Source of the DNA: Utricularia gibba | Lineage: Eukaryota; Plantae; Magnoliophyta | DNA: 64,000 nucleotides | Direction of reading: 5' to 3' | Assembly: GCA_002189035.1 (NCBI GenBank) | Contig: NEEC01000004.1 | Location: 3,844,001-3,908,000, forward strand | Shown here: one piece after another, positions 38,731 to 50,000 of the stretch | Numbering within the stretch: position 1 is the first letter of the stretch | Layout: each line of letters begins with the position of its first letter | Made by a program: the position numbers and the translations under genes | Notes under the pieces: model-generated | The model's database searches: none | Told to the model about the DNA's origin: nothing | Seen by the model: only the letters and a program-made list of their open reading frames with translations

Positions 38731-39007
38731 ATGTCTGTGAGACGAATGTACCTTCCCGTAATTTGCGTTGTGTTTTTGATTCCTCATCCATCGCCCTACC
38801 AGGATTTCATGTTGCAGATACAGAGATAGGAACTTAAAGTTGCTGAGACAAGTTGGAGAGGAGAATGAATTTCCCGATGCCGCTGCAAAAATCCATGTGA
38901 AATACCGCAGGAAAATGTCAGTCTTTGGAATCCCATTGCGTGGCTTCATGTGCATCATCTCTGCCTGCTTTTTTTTTTTTTTTTTTTTTTGTGTGGTCAT
39001 CCGCTGA
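38731..39007 (+). CDS. Candidate 68-aa tail-anchored membrane microprotein, 2 exons, unknown function
   Basis: Exon 38731-38747, 70-nt GT...TTGCAG intron, exon 38818-39007 give MSVRRIYRDRNLKLLRQVGEENEFPDAAAKIHVKYRRKMSVFGIPLRGFMCIISACFFFFFFFCVVIR. Not in the ORF track. No homology check possible. Confidence 0.45.
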
Positions 39008-39195
39008 ATAGTTGAAAGTTTTTGAGATGGAAAGGATTCCCCACACCGTGACATAATCCAGTAATCAATTATAAAGAGCCAAACGTGCATAAGGAAAAAG
39101 ATGACCACATCGGTTATGGGGAACCGGACTCGATGGGTTTAGCAAACCAATTTGAGGAGGTTAAGAGAAAATGAGGAGATCATGCTTCTTCTGCA

Positions 39196-39691
39196 TCATC
39201 TGAGTTCTGGGTTTTTGAGCACCACCCTCACTTCCCTTGCAGATCCAAGCACATTCGCCTGACCAACGACAACCACTTCCTAGAGCAAACAGAACACTAA
39301 CAGAACCCAGGGAGTTTGTTAAGTACCTGAGCGTCGGTGATCTCGACCGCGAAGCCGTCGACGATGACGAGGGAGATGGTCTTGCGGTAGGTTCCGGGCA
39401 GCAGATTCTTAGACAGTACGGCGTCATGCTTCCTGCTCAGGTACACATCGAGCTCGTGCTTTCCTCTCCTTAACCCATGCAGATACAGGCCAAAACGTGA
39501 TTAGAAGCAAAACTTTTTGAGTTAAAAGAGAAACAAAGAAGCAGGTACTTGTGGGAACGAAGGCGCTCGTATTCGGGATCGTATTTCATGAAGACGAAGT
39601 GGAGATGGGTCTCGTTTCCTATTCTTCTTCTTGTCGTACGATTCATCTGCGTAGGCTCGAGAGGCGCCAGTCTGAGTAGGAGGGAGGCCAT
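39196..39691 (-). CDS. Stand-alone proteinase-inhibitor I9 / subtilisin propeptide-like protein, 115 aa, 3 exons
   Basis: Exons 39691-39549, 39468-39327, 39258-39196 (348 nt) encode FVFMKYDPEYERLR...ELDVYLSRKHD...PGTYRKTISLVIVDGFAVEITDAQANVL.SAREVRVV, an I9-like GFAVEIT..QA..L pattern. Confidence 0.8.
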
Positions 39692-40299
39692 TTATGCACA
39701 TCAAAACAATTAGATTCTTTTTTTATTATTCTTTTCACCAATTCATTTTAAATCTCAATTTGCATGCAACAATTAATAATGGGACAACTTGTAAAATACC
39801 ATAATAAAATTTCAAAAATTGAAGAAAAATTAGTGGTTTGTAGGGTTTCTTTGTTTCTTGAGAGCATTTTTAGTTCATTGAGCGGTTGTTGTGGATTTTA
39901 TTACCATGTATCCTAAATAATCATCTTCAGTAATAAAAGAATGAGGGCATAATCCAAGTCACACAAGTATGCTTTAAATGTTGAAAATGAGCAAAATGGA
40001 AGTCAAACTGATAATGCTCAATATACAAGCATGCTTATTATTCTTAATTATGATAATACTATTTGTCCTTCCCTTCAAAGTTCCATCTTCTCATGTACTT
40101 GTTGCTTTGTGGTTCATCATTGAGGTTCAAGTGCAATGCACAAACCATGGTTGCCAATGATGTTCAGAAAAAGTAGAATGCTAATTAATGTAATGAACAT
40201 ATCCCACCAATTGCTTGTTGGATGAGATAAAGCTTGGAATGAAGAGTTATATGTATTCCTCACTTCTAGTATGAAGTTTTGAAATATTATATTGATGAA

Positions 40300-42126
40300 G
40301 AATTAGTTAGAAGTTATGACTCCTTAAATAAAATCTATGATAGATCCTTGTTTATGAACCACTTTATCCATATGAAGTTTTATTAGATTCGACCTGAAAA
40401 GAATCAATGCAACAAGAGTTTAAGTCTATCAAGGATCATCCGGTGTGGATAGCTGTAGACAAACCATAAGATATTAAATTTCTAAGTCTGAAATGGGTGT
40501 CCACAACTAAACTAAACCCAGATGACTCAATGAAGAAATAGAAGTCGAGACTAAATTCTAAAGTATATCTTAAAGAGAAAGAATTGATTATTGGGAGACT
40601 TCTGCTCCAATAGATTGTTTAAATACAATTAAATTGATAATAATATATACACTATGTGAACATTAAGAGTGCTTTCCTATATGGAGAATTGGCTGAAGAT
40701 ATATATATTTAATGTTTATCAGGTTTTACTCTAAAGAATAGTTATTAAAAGATACTGAAATATAATTTGAAATTGACACCTAAAAAGTGGTATGTTATCA
40801 TTGATGCATTCTTTATACAAATATATATAAAGTAAGAACGACACAACTATTTAGAAATAATGAAGACATCATTGCAGATAAAAAAAGCTAAAAGAAAGAT
40901 TCGAATTAATGGATATGAGATTGGTAAAATATATTTTAGGATCATAAATTGTACAAAATCTAAACTAATTTTTTTTTTTAGTCAAAGAAAGTATATTGAA
41001 GACTTATTGAATGGGTTCGAGATGACCATGTCAGAGAAGCATTCATTATGTTTTCTCCCTATTTGAAACAAAAAGCAAATTTGGCTTTAAAATGTATGCA
41101 TTCAAAAGATCCAAACACTTTATAGAATCAAAATAAAACTATGAAAGTTTAAGATGATCAACAAATAGTGGAATCATTGTTGTATCTTACATTTCTAAGA
41201 CCTGATATCACATTTGCGGTCACTTATCTATCCAAATTTATGCATGTGGCTCTTTCCTTGCATCTTAAAATTTCTAAACAAATATTGTGGGTACTTGAAT
41301 TCCACCAAATCTATGGGTTTATATTTCTAAAAACATGCTAATCTTTCAGTTAAACGATTTGTAGATTCTGACTTCACAAAAAACGAATGTAATGTAAAAT
41401 TTACCATTGGGTATCTCTTTACATTGGGATCATTTGCTTTCTCCTAAAATAATAGAAAATAGGATTTGGTTATGCAATCGTCATCTGAAGTCAAATATAT
41501 ATCAGGATCATTTGCTACTAATTTAGTGATGTTTATAAAGACAAAACACATCAAAATCAAATACCACTTTCTCAAAGATTACATAAAGCATGAGAGCATC
41601 AAACTGGAATTCTTACCCTCATAATTACAATTAGCTGATATTCTCACGAAAATGGTGTTTCCTAAGCATTTTTCCCAAATCCATGAAATGATAGGTTTAA
41701 GCATAAATCCTACATATGCTGCTATCTCATCTTCATTCATACTAAAAGAGGAATGAAAACTATTGAAGATGAATTTGAGGTGCAAATACAACATTTGTTA
41801 GTATATGGAACAAGATTAGCAAGATTCTCCAAAATGCCAATGGAAGAAGAGGATAGATAAGATTGATATGTGCATTATTATTTTAGATCCCTACACTATG
41901 AAATAAGGCTCATGAATATAGTCCACAACCCATTATGAAATCAGATATGCTTATAATTTCAAACGCAAACTTAATAGAAGAGGATACTCTACTATCTATA
42001 AATGGAAGACAATAGCTCTATAGTTTTATTCAACTATAAATACTTGTAAAATCATTTAATGTAAATATACAACACAAATATATTTGACATTTCATATACT
42101 TTAATAGCTTCATATCCTATTTTTCA
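40300..42126 (+). mobile_element. Heavily decayed, 5'-truncated Ty1/copia remnant (Copia-3: RT-RNase H plus probable 3' LTR 41754-42126)
   Basis: Relic translations MQQEFKSIK..W, LSLKWV.TTKLNPD, PDITFAVTYLSKFMH, QSSSEVKY, ADILTK. PPT-like AAAAGAGGAA followed by TGAAA...TTTCA. Confidence 0.7.
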
Positions 42127-44478
42127 TAAATTACATATATGAGAATAACTGTTTTCACTTATGAATAAGAGATTAAATCTAAAATTGAAAACAAGAAATC
42201 TCATAATAGATTCATATAATTCTTCCAAAAATATTTTAAAAAGTAATTACTTTTGTAGACAAACTATTGCATAAAAACATAGCAATTCATTGAATATCAC
42301 ATATCGTTTTAAAATGGTATGAGAAACATGTGATGTGAGTGGCCGCTAAAGAATCAATGAGCTATTCTTAAAACTTGCAACTAAAGTATTGATTAAATTT
42401 TCTGGTCTTTGATAATTTCGAATACAACATACGTACAAAGTATGTTATATTTGCTATATGACTTTGTAGATCATAGTTAGGAACAAGGTAATAAGGCTAC
42501 TTAAGTTCTTGATTTACAAATATGCAAATTACCTTTTTGATAATATTGAAAGAATTTTCAAATTTATTTTTCTTTGTATATCTTTTATCCAAAGACATAT
42601 TAACACATTGAGAGTAATTCTAATAGAAATTATATGTATTATCATATAGAATTTTGTCAGAAGATCGTGTGCCCTTTTTATTGTGATAGAAATTATATGC
42701 ATAATTGTATGGAGTCCTCTATTTTTATTTGCAAAGTTTTATGCAAAACTATAAATGAATTGCTATTAAGAGTAACTTCTAATAGGTATAGAATGCTTAT
42801 TTTTATTTAATTAATGTAGATAATCCATATTAAGAATTAGTTTGTCAATGAATTCATTGTTTTCTATGTCTTGACCTTTTAAGTTCAGCATTAAGTAAAA
42901 TATTGTATGTTTTTTTTAGAATAAAATCTTGCATAATATTAGTATGATTTTTTATTAACTAAACTTTTCATTCATGCCACATAAAAATTGAATCAACTTA
43001 GCTAATGCAAAGATTTTATCAAAAGAAATAGCCACCTTACATCAATCACATTTAATTTTAAGCATAATTATATTAAAATCCTTCTATAAACCACTAAATT
43101 TAACAACACTATATTCATCTATTTTAAAATATGAATGTCATGCTCTAGTTTATAAAACAAGTTATTGTTAAGGTGTCGATATTGATTTTGTATAATATTC
43201 CATAGTTTTTGCACACTAGATATATCATCAATTCTTGTAATTAATAAATTCAAAATCATACAATAATTAACATAGGTGTGAGTAATATCCTCATCAATAA
43301 ATCAAATTCGTTTTTCAATTCTAAAACTAATATAATACTCCTCAATTCAAAGTAGTATATAATTGTAAGAGGAAAAACTTATACATATAACACTAGGATG
43401 TTCAAAGCAACTTAAAGTTATTAAATCTAAGCAATCCACAAAAATATAAACGACTGATCCTACTTTTCATATAGTTTCATCATCTTCTGCCATCTTGCTT
43501 CTCAAATTGAATCAAAATTCTATTTTTGTGAAATGGTCCACACTAATCACACCATGAACAAGTATGCTATAAGTTTTGAAAATGAACACAATGAAAAACA
43601 TAATGAGAGTGGAATCAAGTGAACTATAAATTTGTATAGAGAAAATAAAAATTAGAATTGACACACATTTATGCAAGTGAAAAGTATCATATACAACTAG
43701 GCATGCTCAATGTACATGTACATTTACTATTTTTAGAAATAAGCACGATCAATGTAATAAGTACACTTATTACAATACTAATAACACCAAGTTCATTGCA
43801 TCATGCACACATTGTTATCAAACTATTGATAAACTATATTTTTTAGAAAGATGATTAATATACTTGTGCATCGTGTAAGTTACATCAAGTCACATTGATA
43901 ACATCAATCATGTCAACAAACCTTCAAGATGATATATATAAAGTATGAAATGCTATTTTGTAAATATAATTAATAAAAAGATAATAGATGTTAATTAAGT
44001 TATCGAAGGTTTTACCATAGATAACTTCTAATAGATTGTACTGATGCGTACCAAACTCGAATGCATAATATAAAGGGAATGTATCTTTTCAAAAAAAAAT
44101 ATATATATATATAATAGTTGTTATATTTCATTATAAAAAAAGATATTCATTCAACTTTTATTTCTCTATTTTTTTATTTAAAATCCCGTATCTGAACTAA
44201 GCCATAGCATATTTATAGGTTAAATAAAATATTTTAAATCCACCAATGAGATTTAAAGTCAGCATGAGCTATGAATATCTCTACTGTCAAAGCTGGTTTT
44301 AATTCAGGACAAACAAAATAGTAAAAATAACAGCAGCTATAAAGGTAGACCTCCATCTGTTGACCTGATCAACGGCCCAGATCTTGCCATAGTTTATTAC
44401 AGCGTCACGAAAGTCAACCATTCTGTTTTTAAAAGGTGTGTTTTTTTCTCTGCAGGATCCCCAAGTAAAATTTCAACC

Positions 44479-45101
44479 ATGGTGGTGAAAAAGGAGATCA
44501 TCGCAGCGCTGATCGCCTTCGCTTGCTGGAGTGCCGTCTTCGCCACCGCGGCGAAAACTGAAGGACCCGTGCGCCTGCTCTCGTTTCCGGAATCGAAGGT
44601 GGAACCTGAGGTCCATGAATTCACAGCTCTACCCGCTGATTCAGATAATAAGAAACCTGGTTCCAAAACCCCTGTGCCGATTACTGAGGAGTCCGATTTC
44701 AAATCCTCCATCCCGCTGAAAAAACCCACTTTCCGGCCGGTAAATCGCCGATTCCCGGATAAGGGTAAGCATCATCATCATCATCGTCAATATCATCATC
44801 CCCGGCGCGATGCCTTCCCGAACTGGCGATCGCTTCCGGCGAGAACGGCGACTTCGCGGAGGCGGCGATACCTCGTGGAGAAAAGAAGCGGAGCGTCAAG
44901 CAACATCGTCGTCCCCATCACTACGATTCCGACAGCGATGATGAGGATGAAAGAGAGAAACTGACGTCCAGCAGAAGAAAGTACCATCATCGTTTTCATG
45001 GAACAATGAAGGGACTCAGGGATCACAATAGCGAGGAGGCGAAGCATCACAGTGGAGGCTTCATGGGGACTGCCCGCAAGTTCTTGAGCACCTATTTCTG
45101 A
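44479..45101 (+). CDS. Secreted His/Asp-rich protein of unknown function, frameshifted as sequenced (about 207 aa if repaired)
   Basis: Signal peptide MVVKKEIIAALIAFACWSAVFATA and PTFRPVNRRF in the 44479 frame (stop at 44964). The -1 frame is open 44769-45101 and ends GGFMGTARKFLSTYF, which resembles the C-terminus I recall for this plant family. Confidence 0.7.
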
Positions 45102-45298
45102 ACTTACTGTATACTTCACTTACTACGGGATGTAAACATACACATCGTTACTGCCTGTCAATGCTTGTTCTTCCATGTATGAAATGAAGTATTACAGAGC
45201 ATGATGTTGGTTGAAGACACACTTGAAATGGTACAACAAAGCAATACAGTGGAACCCCCAGTTACCTTTTCTTCACAGACTCCATGGGGAAGTATAGT

Positions 45299-47013
45299 TT
45301 AGAAGTAAGAGGGGCATGCCCCAGTTTGTAGGCCGCTGGTGAGTTGATAACAGGGCCATGGAGTTACCTGAACGGCAGAACCAGAGACGTCGGAGCACTG
45401 CCACGTTGAATATCCACGTGCTTGGCCGAGGAAATGAACATTAGCGAGGCATATCCCTGTAAAGGGAGCATCTCTCAGGCCGTGAATGCGACCAGGTTGT
45501 AGGATATTGACTCCCCAGACATTCTTGATCATGATGTTTCTAAGGTATGGCAGTGCATTCGGGTTGTAATACTCATCCGGGTGATCCCCAACATCACCTG
45601 CGATCTTGATCCCTTGTCTTGCATTCTCTATGTAGACGTTGGAAACACTGATGTTTCGAATGAATCCTCCTCTTCCGATGTTGGTTTTCACGTGGATCCC
45701 AATTCCCATCTTGAACAGGGTTATATGCTCTGCTATGACATTCTCGACACCGCCGGAGGTTTCACTCCCGACTGCAATTCCGGCAAACGGAGATGATCCT
45801 GTTACTCGTCTGATGGTAATGCCATGGCTGGGGCGACCGTACGTGATGCCATATTCATCCCAGCCACTCTTGATGGCTACAAGGTCATCTCCGGTAGATA
45901 TGTAACTATCCTCGATACATATATCAGAACTTGAATCTGCAAAATGGTTAGAATGAGGATTCACTGATGCAATCCAACAGATATGAGGAAAGAATCGTTA
46001 GGACAGCATACCAGGATCAATTCCATCGGTGTTGGGAGAGTCATATGGTGCCAATATAGTTACGTATTGAATCACAACATGGCTGTTAGAACGGAAGCAT
46101 AACAGTTAAACAAGAGAAAGAGGGAGACAGCAATGTGCAGAAACCACTCCGTTCACCTGCAATATACAGGGTGTATGTTCCAGAAAGGGGAATTCTTGAA
46201 GATCACATTGGAGATCCTGATACCTCTGGAGTTTATTAGCTCAATAAGGTGAGGTCTGGTATACTGAAGGGTCCTTTGCCTCCACATATCCCACCACACA
46301 CCACCTTGCCCATCGATGGTTCCGTTATCGCCTTATTGAAAGATCACAAGATACAAAAATTACCTTGCTGAACAAATGCATATGAACCTGACCAAAAAAT
46401 TTTTCAACCGCGATCTCCTACTCACCAGTTATTATCACATCATGCAAACCATCTCCATGGATGAAGCTCATATATCTTCCACCTGGCCGTTCTCGTCCTC
46501 TCCCATAGGATGGCAAGGGAGCTATCAGAGGCCATTGCTCTACATCCTGAAGGAATCAAAACTCATAATAGGGATATAATACTACTAACAATCTTAACGA
46601 ACAGCAACTATGGTAGGAATATAAGCTCCAAATGAAAGCAATGCATGCTAAGAAGACGATTCCATTACCGTTGTGGCTTTAATGACAGCTCCACTAGCCA
46701 AGAAAAGGGTCATCCGGCTAGTTAAATTAAAGGGTCCAGTTATGTATTCCCCAGGGGGGATGTAGAGCACTGTGCCTCCCCTTCTACTCAGATGCTCAAT
46801 TCTGTATATAGCCGCCCTGAATGCTTTCGTATTCAGAGTCACACCATCTCCTACACCTCCATAATCAGTAATCGATATCTTATCGTTTCTGTATACCATT
46901 GGCACGATTTCTGAGCATGTTTGTTGCTGAGCTTGAGCAAATCCCACATAGTTTAGTAGCATTTGTAGCACGAGTCCAAAGCACAGTACAAATGAAGTAA
47001 CAGTAAACGCCAT
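45299..47013 (-). CDS. Probable polygalacturonase (GH28), 5 exons
   Basis: Exons 47013-46669, 46546-46426, 46331-46157, 46082-46012, 45936-45299. Motifs DYGGVGDGVTLNTKAF, NSPFWNIHPVYC, NTDGIDP, TGDDLVAIKSGWDEYG, GIAVGSETSGG, IHVKT..GRGG. Confidence 0.94.
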
Positions 47014-50000
47014 TGTGGGCTTGTTTCAAAAGGAATCACTCCACGAACTCACTATTTGGAAACTGAATACGAACTTGAAGCGGAGAAGAGATTAATAATA
47101 TCAGCGATTCAGCACGAGTAAACCAGTGTCACAGAAGGCGAAAAGGAAAGATTAAACAGATCTGGGGTTTGAAAACACCACAAGTTCCAATTATCCGGAA
47201 CTACTTCAGAAACACCTGCAAATCCCAGAATAAGGTAGATGTCACTACTTTAGCGAACAATCAAACTAAACAAGTACCTACTAAAAGCAGAAACTCACCA
47301 GCCGACACTCTTTCTCAGCAAACAAACGAGAGCAAGAAAACACACAGATACAACAATTTTATCACAAAAAAAAAGCAACGAAAAGGATCAGCTACTGAGC
47401 TGTAAGTAATAATCGCCGAATGCAGAACAATTTAATAATGATTAATATCCATCAACAAGACGATGCCGACAGGTGATGAGTGTAAAAGCAGTTGGGAAGC
47501 GACGTCGATTGATACCCATCAACCATAACAGCTAAATTAAGTGACCCAGCAACCAGAGAACTGAAAAAAGGCTTTCAAACATCGAGCATTACCAGTGTGC
47601 ATTTCAACTTCTTCACCCAACAATGGCGAAGAGAACCGAAGCAGCTAAGAAAGGGGAACCAACCCAATTGAAGTTGTGCGAAGCGTTCCCAGATGCTCCA
47701 GGCCCACAGAGAAAAGGCCCTAAATAGCGAATGGTGGCCATGTGCATGAAATGAATCGAGGAAGACAGGTCACTCCACTTCCATTCCATGAACCTAACAA
47801 GGGAAGGGACCCTTTCAATCCAATCATTCTTTATTTAATATTTTTGAACTGAGGGAATTTCTAATCCAATTGATTATACACCGCATGTTTCAATTGAGCG
47901 CATCATTTTTCTCGCGAAAATGGACCGAATACCAGACATTATTTTTTTTTTAGATTTTTTTTATATCATAATTTGGAATTCTTATTTGCAAAATATCACA
48001 ATTTATTTAAATAGATTTCTCTAATTTCTGATTTTTTTCATTTTGAAATAATTTATTTATGAATATATTTGTTTTATAAAATTAAGCATAAAATATAAAT
48101 TAGATGAGACATATTCTTCCAAGTATATTTACAATTGAATTATCACAACCCGAGCTATAGGCAATCTATGTTAAGGAGATTAATTGTTTTTATTATGTTA
48201 TGTTATTTTCAATGGGTGGAGTTTGTTGGCAGCACTTTTAGTGAAAATCAACATAAAAAGTTTGATTACCAAATTTTAAAATTATTTATATATGTATCAA
48301 TTTACTTTTTTATAAATATTTTTTTATTGAACTTATAAAATTATATATTTAATCTCTTATGTTACAAAAACTAATTGCTTTTGATTTTAACATCAATATA
48401 ATGATATATTGTATGAAACATGATATAACTATTACCATTTTTAATTATACGTGATACAAACGCGATATAAATCTAACAAGAGTATCATTCGATTCTCTAA
48501 ACTTGGATTTAAAATTAGAGTCGATTCACACGATCATGAATTAGTTTACTTTTTAAAAATTTTGAAAATTGTTTAAATATTCATTGTACAATTTTGATAA
48601 CATGATATACTTTTTTTACAATTTTAAAATTTGAGGGGTAAAATCTTTATAATAACTGAAATTTAAAGTATTGTTTTGTAATTGTCTCTTAATTCAATAT
48701 TAACAATAAATAAACTTCATAATCTTATTTTCATAAAAAATAAACGCAAGTATAAATATCCAATTGGAAGTTTTTCAACGTTTTATCATTCTAATTGAGA
48801 ATTTATTATATTTGAATTTAATCATATTTAAAGTTTGAAAAAATAAAATTACAAACGAATATTTATCTAAAAATTAATCAGAAATATTCTACAAATTCTA
48901 TATTAATAAAAAAAAGTTTCTATTTAACTAGTGCTATTTTATAAATCTTAGAAGATGCGGTATTTCGAAAAAGTAAAATAAAAATAAGGTATTTTGGTGA
49001 TAGGAATCTACAATTATTGGTGCAATGCAAAATTTTGCCCAATTTTGTCTTCCACTAGTAAGAAAACAGAAGGTATCCAGAAAGATGCGGAGGCATGAGA
49101 AGTGGTTGGGGCACGTGCAGGCCCACATGATGACATGAACATGGATATGGATCGCCCGGCACCCCACATGCCATCCCATGACTCACGCAAGCAATCAAAA
49201 AACGAAAGCCCGCCCGGGTCGTGTGCTTGCGTCCGACTTGTCTGCCCTCACTCTCCCCTCATCATTCTGCCCGCCAGATCCGATCCGACCCGACCCGTCG
49301 CCACTCGCAATGTAGACGGGAACGCAATATACTTCAAAATTCGCAGAAAGTTTTGAAAATCGAACGATTTTTAAGGAGCAAATTGATGCTGCTTGAATTA
49401 ATTACTAACTAGTAAACTTCAATAAAACTGTTTTTTTTCAAGTACTAGTTGTCATCAATTATAATGGAGGGTTTAGTTTATTTAATTTACTTAAATTTAA
49501 ATAAAGTTAATGTAGAATAATTATTTTTTAGATAATATTTAATTAATATTGTGTAAAATTTTTGGAATCTATTTTATTCTTTAAAAAATAAAAATAATTT
49601 TATTTTAAATTACTATAAATTATAAAAGTAATTTTATCAAAAATAATTTTGAAATTATATTATACAAATTACTTTTAGAAAAATAATGAATGATCTACTA
49701 TTCCATCTTATTTTTACTTTTCAAAATACAGTTTGATAAAATACTTGCAATTTATTTTTATTGATATCAATTATTTCTACTTTTTTAAATAATTTTGAAA
49801 AAAATGAAATACGCTCTAAAATTTTTTTAGAGCGGTAGAATAGTTATTGGGATTAGAATCGAAATTGAGTGGCATTAAGTAAAATAAAAAGAAAGATATT
49901 GTTTTAAATAAGTATATGTACTTGGGATTTAAAAAAATTCACGTGATCCAAGATTTAATTAAACACACCAATTAAATGTCCTATAATTTATAATCATACC

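Noticed and set aside
38722-39108. 128-aa minus-strand ORF downstream of the I9 gene
   Set aside because: It includes a poly-Lys from the T homopolymer and has no motif. The spliced + strand model explains the region better, although neither is proven.
44765-44880. Intron starting at G|GTAAGC (44765) as a fix for the secreted-protein frameshift
   Set aside because: The donor looks strong, but there is no U-rich intron body or YAG acceptor in the needed phase, and splicing would remove sequence that looks like conserved coding.
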